Positions 1 to 10,472 of a stretch of 64,000 nucleotides of DNA are shown here, piece by piece. Numbering within the stretch: position 1 is the stretch's first letter; every line of letters begins with the position of its first letter. This DNA is from an uncultured Pseudomonadales bacterium (lineage in GTDB: Bacteria > Patescibacteriota > Microgenomatia > UBA1400 > UBA1396). The stretch lies in assembly GCA_964603945.1 (NCBI GenBank), contig CAZRWP010000001.1, positions 184,547-248,546 on the forward strand. The letters run 5' to 3'. Under the pieces are notes generated by a model. That model was not told the origin of the DNA. It made no database searches and saw nothing but the letters and a program-made list of their open reading frames with translations. The translations under genes and the position numbers were made by a program.

Positions 1-117
1 TATAGTTATTATCCAATTACCTTTTTTGTATTTTTTTAAATAAATTTTTTGGTTTTTTTATCAAAAAGATCCTTAAAATTCTTATGTGGGGGTGAACTAT
101 GATCAAGTGCTAAGCCA

Positions 118-915
118 TCACTTGATCATTATGGAACTAAGATATTCCGCTACCCCGTCCTCATCGCAGTCACCAATTACCTCTTTAGCCACCCGCTTAA
201 CCGCCGATGGGCTATTGCCCATCGCCACCGGCCAACCAACCAGGCTCAAAAATTCCAAATCGTTTTCACTGTCGCCAAAACCGGCGACTTGAGCCAAAGG
301 AATTCCGGTCAGCTCTGACCATCGCTTAATACCGCTCCCTTTATTTACCCCCTGAACCGTGATATCAAAATAAGGCCCGTTGATTTCGCTAAGCATTTCC
401 TTGACCTCAATCCCGTCATAGCCCTGAACTAATCGGCGAACATCTTCATTAATCCACTGAATACATAAAAGTGAGGTCGACCAATCATCAAGCTGGCTGG
501 CGTCTGAATATTTGCCTGGTAAAGAATTTGTCAGTTTGCGCGGACTAACGGCCACCAGGCCGTCATGCTCAAACTCAAACTCCGCTCTCAATTCCTCACT
601 GGCCAAGCTAATTTCCCTAACCAAATCAGAGGGCAATAATTCTTCCGCTAAAATCTGGCCATTTTGCCAAATTACGCCGCCGCCATTAAAAACGTGGATG
701 CTGTCCTGAGGAAAAACGGTAATTATCTCACGCGCCTGAACCGGCGCGCGGCCAGTACACAAAGCCAAAGTAAATTTTTTATTTTGGGCAAGTTTAGTAA
801 TTGTTTGGCGGGTGCGATCAGTAAATTCCTTGCGTCTGGTGGTAATAGTCCGGTCAATATCAAAAACTAGAGCCGTGATGTGGCTTGGGAGTGTGGGGCG
901 ATTTGAATTAGTCAT
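118..915 (-). CDS. HAD-superfamily hydrolase, Cof-like (HAD-IIB) phosphatase
   Basis: Motif I FDIDRT (DxDxT) near N-terminus; C-terminal GDSENDLEFL (GDxxND) motif; ~265 aa typical of Cof/YidA family. Confidence 0.75.
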   Translation of the reverse strand: MTNSNRPTLPSHITALVFDIDRTITTRRKEFTDRTRQTITKLAQNKKFTLALCTGRAPVQAREIITVFPQDSIHVFNGGGVIWQNGQILAEELLPSDLVREISLASEELRAEFEFEHDGLVAVSPRKLTNSLPGKYSDASQLDDWSTSLLCIQWINEDVRRLVQGYDGIEVKEMLSEINGPYFDITVQGVNKGSGIKRWSELTGIPLAQVAGFGDSENDLEFLSLVGWPVAMGNSPSAVKRVAKEVIGDCDEDGVAEYLSSIMIK

Positions 916-989
916 ATTTTGCTTATTTGCTTAACTTTTACTTTTTAAGGTACTTTTATTACTGATATTCTGGTTTTTTTAGCTGAGAA

Positions 990-2237
990 CTAACCCACTA
1001 TCAGGCCAAGATTATCAAACATGGCTTTTAGGGCTGGCAGAATGGCCGGTTTGTTGAATTTGACTAGCTTCCACATCAGCGCCACCGCCTGGGCGGTTTT
1101 GAGGTCATCCTCTAATTTAGCCTTAAATTCAGTGTAAATGGCGGCGATTTCCGGTGGCGCGTCCAGCTGGTTGTAGTCTGGGACCTCGGCCGCGCTGTAC
1201 CAGTTGCTCTCGGTCAGCAGATTATTCCACCGGCGCGCCAGCTTGCCCAGCCCCGCCTGAGCCGACTGCAAAGCCGCCCACGTAAAGTTCATTTCATCGC
1301 GGTAGTAAGTCGTCAGACATAATAGTCTATAGGCCATTGGCGTAAATTCGCGCTCCTCCAGATCAGCCAAAGTATAAAAGTTTTTCAAGGATTTGCTCAT
1401 TTTTTGGCCGTCCACCAGCAAAAAGTTATGGTGAACCCAGATCTGGACAAATGGACGAAGGCCAGTTGCGCCTTCAGCTTGGGCAATTTCATTGGTGTGA
1501 TGCACTGGAATATGATCGATACCGCCACTGTGAATTTCAAACTGCTCACCCAAATATTTCATGCTCATGGCGGAACACTCAATGTGCCAGCCAGGAAAAC
1601 CGATTCCCCAGGGAGAATCCCATTCCATCTGGCGCTTTTCATTAGCCGGCGAAAACTTCCACAAGGCAAAATCGCTAGGCTGGCGTTTGCCGGCAACCGA
1701 GCCAATTCGTGCGCCCTCTTGCAATTTGTCTAATTTCAGCCTGGCCAACTCGCCATAATGCGGATCCTTAGAAGTGTCAAAATACACGCCGTCATCAGGA
1801 ATAATGTATGTCAGGCCTTTGGCCTCTAACTTTTTTACCAGCTCGATCTGCTCACCAATATGCTCCGTGGCGCGGCAAATAATATCCGGTTGTTTGACAT
1901 TGACTTTCTCAAGTTTGGCCCAAAAATCAGCTTCATAATAGGCGGCCAATTCCGAAGCGGTCATTTGTTTTTCCCGCGCGGCTTTTTCCACTTTGTCCTC
2001 ACCGGTATCTTCATCCGACACCAAATGACCGACATCAGTGACATTCATGACGTGTTTAACGTCAAAATCAGCCTGTCGGAGCGTCCTAATCAGGACATCA
2101 TCCATAATGTAACGGCGCATATGACCAAGGTGGGCATAATCGTAAACGGTCGGGCCACAAGCGTAAAAGCCAATGTTATCTTTTGTGCTATTGCTAACGG
2201 TATCGACACTATGCGATAAGGTGTTGTAGAGTTTCAT
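990..2237 (-). CDS. cysS: cysteinyl-tRNA synthetase
   Basis: Class I aaRS HIGH-type motif (AHLGHMRRY), KMSKS motif (GQKMSKSLKNF), Zn-binding Cys/His pattern typical of CysRS; 415 aa (short C-terminus). Confidence 0.85.
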   Translation of the reverse strand: MKLYNTLSHSVDTVSNSTKDNIGFYACGPTVYDYAHLGHMRRYIMDDVLIRTLRQADFDVKHVMNVTDVGHLVSDEDTGEDKVEKAAREKQMTASELAAYYEADFWAKLEKVNVKQPDIICRATEHIGEQIELVKKLEAKGLTYIIPDDGVYFDTSKDPHYGELARLKLDKLQEGARIGSVAGKRQPSDFALWKFSPANEKRQMEWDSPWGIGFPGWHIECSAMSMKYLGEQFEIHSGGIDHIPVHHTNEIAQAEGATGLRPFVQIWVHHNFLLVDGQKMSKSLKNFYTLADLEEREFTPMAYRLLCLTTYYRDEMNFTWAALQSAQAGLGKLARRWNNLLTESNWYSAAEVPDYNQLDAPPEIAAIYTEFKAKLEDDLKTAQAVALMWKLVKFNKPAILPALKAMFDNLGLIVG

Positions 2238-2253
2238 ATATTGAGATCACTTG

Positions 2254-3363
2254 TTACGTTGTTTGCTGTACTTTATCATGTTCGAGCTGATGGATGGCTA
2301 AGGTTTCATCTCGAACGTCAGGGGTTTGTTCACTGACTTTGCCCCGCGCCGTCAAATCTTCCTGAACCTGATCGCGCAGTTGTTTGGCCGATTCCAAATC
2401 CAACTTGGTTTTTTCCATCTGAACGGAGGCCTCCTGCCGATAAGCCGCCTCCTTGGCCGCCAATTCGGCTTTGAATTTAGCTTCCTCTTGCTCTTTTTGT
2501 AGTTTTTGCTGTTCCTCTTCGGTTTGCTTGGTTTTCTCGCTGTTGGCCTCGGCTAAAATCTCTTCCAAAATTTCTAGGGGTGATTTTTCACCGTCTGAGC
2601 TAGCTTCTGAGTTAGCTGATGAGGGTGCGGGAGAGGCGGTGTCTTGAGGGGCTTCCGATGGTTCAGAGGGTTCAGGCTGTGGTGGGTCGCTGTTGGCCGT
2701 TGGTTGATCTGGGGGCTGAATAGTTTCTAGTTGAGGAGTAGGTTCTGACTGAGGTGAATGCTCCAATTGAGGTGCAGGTTCTGGCTGAAGTTGTGTCTGC
2801 GGTTGAGGTGGAGCTTCCATTTGAGGCTGGCCTTGAGTTGCCGGCTCTTCAATTTTAGTTGCCGATTCTTCAACCTGGTCAAAACCCACCGTTTCCTTGG
2901 GAATCACCGAAGTATCTTGCTCGTCTGTCACAACCGGCGAGGCATAAGTTGGCGCGACATTGCGAGGAAAAGCATTGAAGAAATCCGGTGGCGCAGCCAC
3001 TGACGCGGCGTCTGGCGCACCCGCAGTCATGGCGGCATCCATTTCACCAGAGGGCAAAAAATTCGAATTGGCTGCCGGAGCAGAGTCGTGCGCCGCCTGG
3101 GCAGTTTCATTCGCAAATTGAGTATCAGAAATTAAGGGTGGTGTGGCGTTAGCCGGATTAGTCGTGGTGTTAGCTGGGGTCGGCGTGCCAGCTGATGAAT
3201 TATCAGCCGCGCCCGCGGAATTGTCAGCAGTAGCCGAGCCAGTTGTTAAATCACCAGACCCCGTATCTGCTGGCGGAACATATCCTGGCGGCGTGGTCGG
3301 ATCATCACTGGCTGTCACCACCGATGATTTGGCAAAATTCGTAATCCCCTGCGACTGGTCCAT
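2254..3363 (-). CDS. hypothetical low-complexity protein (Pro/Thr/Ala/Gln-rich N-terminal half, C-terminal coiled-coil)
   Basis: Long uninterrupted ORF co-oriented with cysS; PxxP/Q-rich repeats then EEQQKLQKEQEEAKFKAELAAKE heptad-like coiled coil; no signal peptide seen. Confidence 0.45.
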   Translation of the reverse strand: MDQSQGITNFAKSSVVTASDDPTTPPGYVPPADTGSGDLTTGSATADNSAGAADNSSAGTPTPANTTTNPANATPPLISDTQFANETAQAAHDSAPAANSNFLPSGEMDAAMTAGAPDAASVAAPPDFFNAFPRNVAPTYASPVVTDEQDTSVIPKETVGFDQVEESATKIEEPATQGQPQMEAPPQPQTQLQPEPAPQLEHSPQSEPTPQLETIQPPDQPTANSDPPQPEPSEPSEAPQDTASPAPSSANSEASSDGEKSPLEILEEILAEANSEKTKQTEEEQQKLQKEQEEAKFKAELAAKEAAYRQEASVQMEKTKLDLESAKQLRDQVQEDLTARGKVSEQTPDVRDETLAIHQLEHDKVQQTT

Positions 3364-3452
3364 GAGTTTAGCGTACGTAGCCAGCGATTAAAGGTCAAGT
3401 TATTGAGGTGCTTCTAAGCAAAATCATTGGCAATCTTTAACGTATTTTCAAA

Positions 3453-4292
3453 CTACATGCCAATGTATTTTGTCGCCCTGGGTTCAACTCTAAAAAAGAG
3501 CTGATAATTTGTAATAAATGACATGCTTGAAGACTCGGGTTTGGTAGTTACCACGTAGGAAAATTCTTCCTCAGTATTGCTATATTTATGTATATATTCC
3601 AATAAAGCCAAAGAGGCAGAATTAATCTCCATTCCGCCTTCATCCGCCTCAATTTGGTATAAATTTTCTCCAAATTTTACTTGATTTTTTGGCAAATTAC
3701 CTAAGCTATTAAGACCTTGGTATTTGTCAATCAGTTGCCTTAACTCTGAAAATGTCGCTTCAAGTTGCTCTTGCTCGGTTGGTTCAGGTCGATTAAGAAT
3801 TGGAAAACTATCACTTAGCTCAGAATCATTGAATTTTCCGGTCTGAATTTCAATTAAAGTGAGTACAACCAGTGGATTAATGTCATAAGTTTGACCTAAT
3901 TCCAATAAATATTCAGGCAAATTTTGTTCGCCCACTTTTACATTTTCCAATAAATAGCTTTCATTGTATTGAAAATAGAAGTCATAGGATTCCATTAACT
4001 TAATTTTGGCGGCACTACTTATATCGTCATCATTTTCTTGATGACAACGGCTAAAACTAATCATGCAATCAGAAATGATTGGTTTTAAAACATATGGACT
4101 ATTCGTTGATGTATCTAAATTCTGGTCTGTTAGGGCAGAAAACTCATCATCAGCTATTTTAACTGTTTCATTTACATTGGCAAAAATTCCAAGCCTGTCC
4201 AGGCCAAGTAGCAACTTGTCCTTAAACAAAAACAGCCCTGAAACAAAAACTACAGTAATAATGAAAACAACAAAAAACTTTTTGTAGCTCAT
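3453..4292 (-). CDS. hypothetical membrane-anchored protein (N-terminal signal anchor)
   Basis: N-terminus MSYKKFFVVFIITVVFVSGLFLF hydrophobic helix; AT-rich promoter-like region upstream (4293-4512). Confidence 0.5.
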   Translation of the reverse strand: MSYKKFFVVFIITVVFVSGLFLFKDKLLLGLDRLGIFANVNETVKIADDEFSALTDQNLDTSTNSPYVLKPIISDCMISFSRCHQENDDDISSAAKIKLMESYDFYFQYNESYLLENVKVGEQNLPEYLLELGQTYDINPLVVLTLIEIQTGKFNDSELSDSFPILNRPEPTEQEQLEATFSELRQLIDKYQGLNSLGNLPKNQVKFGENLYQIEADEGGMEINSASLALLEYIHKYSNTEEEFSYVVTTKPESSSMSFITNYQLFFRVEPRATKYIGM

Positions 4293-4512
4293 GTAGTAAG
4301 TATACTCAATTCAATTATTACAATTCCAATGAGATTTTGTCTATATTTTTTAACTACAGACATTTTAAACTGCTTTGTGCTATTTTGTGTTAAAATTGAC
4401 TAGATGATGTTTGGGCATTTTGAATTAATATCAAGAGATGTTTTGCCAAGCAAAGTATTGGTTGTTGATAGTTATCCGTTGAAATTAAATTTCACAAAGA
4501 AAGAGAGTTGAT

Positions 4513-6639
4513 ATGGCTAGTATGAAAGAACTAATTGCATCCGCGTTAGCTGTCACCGGCTTAGTGGCCGGCCCTGTCGCTGAAGTTACCGCTGAATCTC
4601 CACAAGACACCACGCCTCCAGATAGTGAAAAACGTATGGCAGATCTGCTTGATGCGGAAGAACTTGGAAAAATGGATAATATTGACTACCAGAATGCGAA
4701 TAGAAATTTAGAACAACCATCTTCCGTCGAGCGCCAACAAGCATCCAAATTGTATGAAATTCCCCAAACGCCAGTAGATGAGGCAACCTGGACTGCTTTA
4801 TTTAGCTTTGCGCCAGCTGGCAAAGAGGCTCAACTTAATCAGCCAGTGGCGTCATTTAACTTTAATTTTGAGATGGGTCCAGGTATTCAACCAATGCAAG
4901 CTAGCGACATTTTGCCTGGCGGCGGCAGTCTAGCCCAAGAAATTCAGCGAGTATTAAACGCCTTGCAATCACAAAACGCCCAAGGCAAGTTTCAACTCGA
5001 CATTTCACTAAACACCCAAACCCGCAACGCTGGCGTAACTATCCACACTCTGGAACAAGGATTAATCGGTCAAATTGAACTAAACGGTGGTTCGGCTTTA
5101 TCAGTTGACCAACTACAACAGCCCCATTACCTGGAAACCGGCAAGATCTTTAATCAAAACGGCGAGCAAATCGCCGAGGTCGCCAGTGTTGAAGTCGTCC
5201 TTTACAGCTCAGTAGCAATGTTTTTACCAGCCTTTAACCACGACCCCAACGCCCTAGTTATGGTTGGACTAGACCAGCAAGGCAATGTGGCTGTAGTCAT
5301 TACTGATGAAATTCCCTTGTTAGTCGCACCGCTGAGCAAGATGACGCTTGCTCAAAATACCAATGTTAGAGCTTTGCCCGACACCAGTTCTAATATTTTC
5401 ACCACTCTGCAAGCTGGAGAGACTGTTAATTTAGCCACTTATGATCAAGTTATTGCCATCTTGGGGGCAATTCAATTGCCCAACGGAAAAATCATTACTA
5501 ATAACCAAGCCATAAATGCGGCGGAAGTTTATGACGGAGCAAATGTTTGGCGAGCCATTATTAGCCCAGATGCTGGAGAAATCCGGTGGTTAGCTATTTT
5601 GGGAACTCCTGGCTTAGAGTCGACCCCTACCCCTAAACCAGCCAATAGTGACATTGTGATGGCGAATTTTAGCCAGGGAGAGGTTAGTGTAGAGGTGCCA
5701 GTGGAAACCTCTCCAATTGAAACCCAAACCTTTTCGCGCGAACAAGTGCTTGAGCTAAACGAAAGTTATGCTGAAGCGCTGGCTGAACTTGGTCAAGATT
5801 GGCCAGTTTACCAAGATGGCGTTATCAATATGGTTAATTTCTCTCCGGAAGAGTTTTATATCGTAGCCGATGAGCTACGCTTTATACAAAACGGACGAGA
5901 GTTTATCTGGACACCCAAAACTGGTTGGCTTATGGAACAGTTTCGAACGGATAATGGTTTAGCATTTTATTTGTCGATGCAATTTCTCGACTCTAAGTCC
6001 AGAGAAGCAATCGGCGTTAGAGGCACTGGTCTGGAAGATTTAACCTATCCGGTTGCCGTTATTCCCGGCGATGGGATTGATATGCATAACCATCCTGAGG
6101 AACCAGAATATGATGTCAGAAATTGGGAACAGATCATAAATATTTACGGCAATCACGAAGTTTCTTCTGTGCCCGGCATTCCGGCGATAGCCAAGGCGGT
6201 TGATTACACCTGGTATACAATTTACACGTATCAAACTAATCAACCTGCATTAAGTTTTGATGAATTTATAGCTAAGTTTAGATCAGGACAAGCTAATTTT
6301 AATATTAGTTTTAACGGGCAAGAATTACTAATCACGCCTGAAACTAAACTGCAATTCAGAGCCGCTCCCAATTCTCGTGATGTAACGTCGAATGAGTATG
6401 TCAACTCAGCAGGAGAAATAGTAAATCTTACTGAAAGTACCGGTTACCGAGATTGGTTTGTTAATCAAGACATTGTTGGTTTATTGTGGGATATATATAA
6501 AAATAATGTTCCTAGTCAAGATGAGATGCTGTTTGCTTATGAGCTCATGCAGGTCATAATGCCCGTAACTGAGGATGGCTTACATCACCAGGCGCCAGCA
6601 GCCTTGATTGATGCCAATGGGAATATTATTAATAGGTAG
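4513..6639 (+). CDS. hypothetical secreted protein (708 aa, N-terminal signal peptide)
   Basis: Hydrophobic N-terminus ELIASALAVTGLVAGPVAEVTA; RBS-like GAAAGAGAG upstream; no recognizable catalytic motifs. Confidence 0.55.
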   Translation: MASMKELIASALAVTGLVAGPVAEVTAESPQDTTPPDSEKRMADLLDAEELGKMDNIDYQNANRNLEQPSSVERQQASKLYEIPQTPVDEATWTALFSFAPAGKEAQLNQPVASFNFNFEMGPGIQPMQASDILPGGGSLAQEIQRVLNALQSQNAQGKFQLDISLNTQTRNAGVTIHTLEQGLIGQIELNGGSALSVDQLQQPHYLETGKIFNQNGEQIAEVASVEVVLYSSVAMFLPAFNHDPNALVMVGLDQQGNVAVVITDEIPLLVAPLSKMTLAQNTNVRALPDTSSNIFTTLQAGETVNLATYDQVIAILGAIQLPNGKIITNNQAINAAEVYDGANVWRAIISPDAGEIRWLAILGTPGLESTPTPKPANSDIVMANFSQGEVSVEVPVETSPIETQTFSREQVLELNESYAEALAELGQDWPVYQDGVINMVNFSPEEFYIVADELRFIQNGREFIWTPKTGWLMEQFRTDNGLAFYLSMQFLDSKSREAIGVRGTGLEDLTYPVAVIPGDGIDMHNHPEEPEYDVRNWEQIINIYGNHEVSSVPGIPAIAKAVDYTWYTIYTYQTNQPALSFDEFIAKFRSGQANFNISFNGQELLITPETKLQFRAAPNSRDVTSNEYVNSAGEIVNLTESTGYRDWFVNQDIVGLLWDIYKNNVPSQDEMLFAYELMQVIMPVTEDGLHHQAPAALIDANGNIINR

Positions 6640-6732
6640 TTATTTAAAAGCTATTTTTTGGGTTAATTTCTTTTCATAATTAATGTTCACTGCCCTGTTG
6701 TATCGAATCAACATATTAGGTAGACTTTAATT

Positions 6733-9195
6733 GTGAATGCTCTAAGCACCAGAATAATTTTTATATTCACGCTTATCCTAAGTTTTTTTGTATTCACGAA
6801 ACAAACATTAGCCCAAACTTGCCAAGGCTTTATAACTTGCGAGGAATGGCATCAAGTCTATAAGTGTTCTAACTCAGGTGATAATTGCACTCCGACAGCT
6901 CCTTTGCCCTGCGGATTCACCGGTGGCTCATGCCAAGTTACAAACATCTCTGATCGCTGGAATGAACCATGTAATAAAAATCCGGGATTTTGCCAATTAG
7001 CTTGCCCGCCCGGAACTACCAAGCTATCTGATACCTGCAATTGGTATACCCCGCCGACTCCACCCACTCCCCCTACACCAGCCTGTGGCGATGGCTACTG
7101 CAACGCCAGCATCGGTGAAAACTGCGCCACTTGCGCAGGAGACTGTGGTTCCTGTCCCATTGACGATGGTAATAGTGGTGGCAGCGGTGGCGGTAATTGT
7201 GTTAGCGACTACTGCGCTGGGGCTGACCAATGTTACTCTCAAGGTGGAACGACAGGTGGCGCGGGGCCACGTCCTTCAGGAGGCAATTGCTCAACGGGAA
7301 CCGTAATGTGCTGTGTGCCATCCGGAGGTGGGGGTCCTACTATGCCTAATTGTGCCGCGCCTCAAAATCTAACTGGTAGGTGTGAAGTGTATGACACTTA
7401 CATGCGACTCCTTTGGGAATGGACCTCACCTTATGCAGATCTATACAACGAGGTTCAGTTTACCAATGACCCAACTTTTAGTTCCACAATTTACCAAGGG
7501 GTGAGAAACCACGGCGTTACTTCTTTCCCTAGCCAGTACCATGACTACCGTGGCTTACCACCTACATATCCAGACGGTCATTTCCCAGTAGACACATATT
7601 ATCTACGAGTCAGGACCTCATCTGGAAATTGGTGTGTGCCCACCACCTGGGGCAATCCTTACGCTCTGCGCCCAGAAAACTGTACAGATTTCCGCACCCC
7701 AAACGCTACCCCAACCGTGAGTATTACCGCTCCCCCTAGCGGCTCCACCTATCTACAAGGAGACACCGTCACCATCTCCGCTTCAGCCAACGACAGCGAT
7801 GGCACCATTACCTCCATAAGTTTGTACCGCGGTAGCACGCTCTTTTGGGGAATGTCTAACCCGTCTTCTACAGCCAATTACTCCATTAGCTTCCCTTGGT
7901 ATAACATCCCTGCCGGTAGCTACTCCATTACCGCTAGAGCCACAGATGATGACGGCGCGATTGGTGTCTCGACCCCGGTCAGTTTCACCGTCAACGCTTT
8001 CCAAAACATCTCTGGCAATGTCTACATTGACCCTAACGCCACCGTTAACTTAACTACTGGTATCTGCACCGGTAACGCTGGGGCTTTAACCGGCGCTGAG
8101 GGCAGTTTGGGAGTGCGAGTAACCAATACTATTGGCGGTGGCACGTACAACTCTACTGTTAGTAGCGGCAATTGGTCAGTTACTACCCCGCCCGCTTCAG
8201 ACGGACGATTCCGGGCGGCACTACTAGGCCTAGACCCTAACTTTGTCTGTGCTTGTCCAGCGGGGTGTAGTTACTCCGCGGGCATTGACTCTCCTCAATC
8301 TAATGTCAACTTCTACTTAACCCCCACCGCTGACGCCTGGTGGCAGGTCGAAGGCGGGCCCATTGCCGCCTTTGCCAGTACCGGGCAAAGAGCCTTTAGC
8401 ACTCTTATTCCCGAGTTTTGCTCTCTGCCTACCTGTAACCCCTACTTAATTGTCAACCAGAATGGCGGTGACAGTGAGGGCTACGTGTTGACTGGCGGCA
8501 GTTACGTTTCTGGCACGGATCAAATTGACGAAAGTGGCCACAACTGGGTGGCGCAAATGAGTAGTCCTCCTGACAAGCGCCAGGACTACCACTACTTTAA
8601 GGTTTTGGCTCTTTTGCCCACTTCGCCAGAAAGTGACTTCATTCCCTTTGATCCACTTGAAGGCACCACGACGAGCTTGGACAAGCCAGACAAGGACCAG
8701 GAGTTTGTCAATGGCGATCAGGCGCGAGCTTACTTCCACGCTGGGGAAGCGGTCATTGACTCACCCTGGAGCGTTGAGTCGGATGAAAAACTGGTCGTAC
8801 TAATTGATGGTGACATTTCCATTGAAGAGCCCATCACGGTCGAGACGGGTGGCTTTTTTATGCTGGTTGCCTCTGGCGACATTACCTTTGATGCCTCCTT
8901 GGGGCACGACGACCTCAACAATCTTGAGGCCGTCGCCGAAGGCGTGTATGTCGCCGATGGCGTCTTAACCGTTGAAAGCGCTGAAACAGGCGGGGACAAA
9001 CGCTTCGTTGGTGAAGGCACCTTTGTGGGCTGGAGCGGGGTGAAATTGGAGCGCGATTATGATGACGGGGCAGGCCGGCGCGCCCTAAACAATGTTTCAG
9101 CAGTGGAGTACTTTAGATACCGGCCCGACTTTTTGACCGCCGCTCCGGAAGAATTCATGCGCTCGCGTTACAGCTGGCAGCAAGTGAATCCTTAG
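6733..9195 (+). CDS. secreted cysteine-rich surface protein with PT-linker and bacterial Ig-like (Big) domain
   Basis: GTG start; signal peptide IIFIFTLILSFFVFTKQTLAQ; about 35 Cys in first 250 aa; PTPPTPPTPPTP linker; segment PTVSITAPPSGSTYLQGDTVTISASANDSDGTITSISLY...SYSITARATDDDG matches Big/Ig-like fold pattern. Confidence 0.6.
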   Translation: MNALSTRIIFIFTLILSFFVFTKQTLAQTCQGFITCEEWHQVYKCSNSGDNCTPTAPLPCGFTGGSCQVTNISDRWNEPCNKNPGFCQLACPPGTTKLSDTCNWYTPPTPPTPPTPACGDGYCNASIGENCATCAGDCGSCPIDDGNSGGSGGGNCVSDYCAGADQCYSQGGTTGGAGPRPSGGNCSTGTVMCCVPSGGGGPTMPNCAAPQNLTGRCEVYDTYMRLLWEWTSPYADLYNEVQFTNDPTFSSTIYQGVRNHGVTSFPSQYHDYRGLPPTYPDGHFPVDTYYLRVRTSSGNWCVPTTWGNPYALRPENCTDFRTPNATPTVSITAPPSGSTYLQGDTVTISASANDSDGTITSISLYRGSTLFWGMSNPSSTANYSISFPWYNIPAGSYSITARATDDDGAIGVSTPVSFTVNAFQNISGNVYIDPNATVNLTTGICTGNAGALTGAEGSLGVRVTNTIGGGTYNSTVSSGNWSVTTPPASDGRFRAALLGLDPNFVCACPAGCSYSAGIDSPQSNVNFYLTPTADAWWQVEGGPIAAFASTGQRAFSTLIPEFCSLPTCNPYLIVNQNGGDSEGYVLTGGSYVSGTDQIDESGHNWVAQMSSPPDKRQDYHYFKVLALLPTSPESDFIPFDPLEGTTTSLDKPDKDQEFVNGDQARAYFHAGEAVIDSPWSVESDEKLVVLIDGDISIEEPITVETGGFFMLVASGDITFDASLGHDDLNNLEAVAEGVYVADGVLTVESAETGGDKRFVGEGTFVGWSGVKLERDYDDGAGRRALNNVSAVEYFRYRPDFLTAAPEEFMRSRYSWQQVNP

Positions 9196-9231
9196 TTACG
9201 GTTCCACAAACTGAAGCTTGCATCCCCTGAT

Positions 9232-9448
9232 TACACTCTACCCTCAATCTGGAGATACCTGTTTGAGTACACTCTCCCCCTCAATCTGGAGATACCTGTT
9301 ATTCCTTGAGTACACTCTTGTTATTTTACTGTTTTTGTTAGTTTTGGAGACATATAAGGCAGGTAAAGTGGGTAAAAAACCTTAAAAATTCACCAAAATG
9401 GACAAGGGTGTGATCTGGTGATAAACGTTATCTCCAGATTGAGGGGAA
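9232..9448. repeat. repeat cluster: two direct copies (+ partial third) of a ~36-43 bp unit containing CCCTCAATCTGGAGATACCTGTT, plus an inverted copy 160 bp downstream (MITE-like)
   Basis: Direct units at 9232-9267, 9268-9310, partial 9311-9320; reverse-complement copy GTTATCTCCAGATTGAGGGGAAC at 9426-9448; AT-rich interior; sits between convergent genes. Confidence 0.6.
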
Positions 9449-9452
9449 CTTA

Positions 9453-10058
9453 TTAAATCTCTCTTCTTCCATCCAGCGCCCGAGCCAGGGTCACATTGTC
9501 CGCGTACTCAATGTCAGCGCCGATTGGCAGACCGTGCCCAATCCGAGTCACCTTGATATCTTCTTGGCTGTGGCCGGCGTCGCGAATAAGTTTCTCAATA
9601 TATAAAGCAGTGGCTTCGCCTTCCATGGTGGGGTTGGTCGCCAGAATCACTTCCTCAACTGAACCCAACCTCTGCAAAATATCCCGCAGATACAGCTGGT
9701 CTGGACCGATATTCTCCAAGGGACTAATAACGCCATGTAAAACGTGGTAAACGCCTTTGTAAGTGTCGGTTTGCTCAATCGCCAAAACGTCCAAAGGATT
9801 TTCCACCACGCAAAGCTTGGTCGTATCGCGCCGTGGATCGGCACAGACAAAGCAGGGAGACTCTTCGTCAATATTGTGACAAATTTCGCAAAATTTGGTG
9901 TTAGCTTTGAGCTGAGTCAGTGACTGGGCAAAATCCTCAATTACGTGATCCGGCACATGCAGAAGATAGAACGCCAGGCGCTGGGCAGATTTTGGCCCTA
10001 TACCGGGCAATTTCTCAAACTGTTCCACTACAGATCGTACCGGTCGAGGAAGTTTCAT
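9453..10058 (-). CDS. recR: recombination protein RecR
   Basis: N-terminal HhH (LPGIGPKSAQRLAFYLL), C4 zinc finger (CEICHNIDEESPCFVCAD), Toprim region; dnaX-ybaB-recR synteny. Confidence 0.9.
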   Translation of the reverse strand: MKLPRPVRSVVEQFEKLPGIGPKSAQRLAFYLLHVPDHVIEDFAQSLTQLKANTKFCEICHNIDEESPCFVCADPRRDTTKLCVVENPLDVLAIEQTDTYKGVYHVLHGVISPLENIGPDQLYLRDILQRLGSVEEVILATNPTMEGEATALYIEKLIRDAGHSQEDIKVTRIGHGLPIGADIEYADNVTLARALDGRREI

Positions 10059-10184
10059 GTCTTATAAATTTATTAACTGAGTTTGTGGTGCGCTGTCAGC
10101 ACGGCGTCTTGAGGCGTCCCAACCCTCCAATTTTGCTTTTTGTATTGGGAAAATCTTTATGTTCTCAACGCCAAAAGCAATTGC

Positions 10185-10472
10185 TTAGCGACCCATACCG
10201 CCCATCATACCGCCCAAACCGCCAGTCATTTCCTGGAGCTTTTTCGCGGCTAATTCCTGTGATTGTTTAATAGCTTTGTTAAGCGCCGTCACGGCTACGT
10301 CAGAAGTAATACCCTGAACACTGAACTCCTTGATGCGCTGATCACCGCTGATCACCACGCGGACATCGCCTTCTTCAATCACGATTTCCTCTTGAGCCAG
10401 TGCTTTCTGCATCTGCATTGCCTGCTGACGCAGTTTGTTCATGTCACCGAGAGCTTGTAATGGATTAGCCAT
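10185..10472 (-). CDS. ybaB: nucleoid-associated protein YbaB/EbfC
   Basis: 95 aa, typical YbaB sequence (MQMQKALAQEE...GDQRIKEF...), between dnaX and recR. Confidence 0.85.
   Translation of the reverse strand: MANPLQALGDMNKLRQQAMQMQKALAQEEIVIEEGDVRVVISGDQRIKEFSVQGITSDVAVTALNKAIKQSQELAAKKLQEMTGGLGGMMGGMGR

Noticed and set aside
9232-9448. Possible CRISPR array
   Set aside because: Only two or three repeat units with irregular 'spacers' of 13-20 nt plus an inverted copy. There is no cas gene nearby and the structure fits a MITE-like or inverted-repeat element instead.
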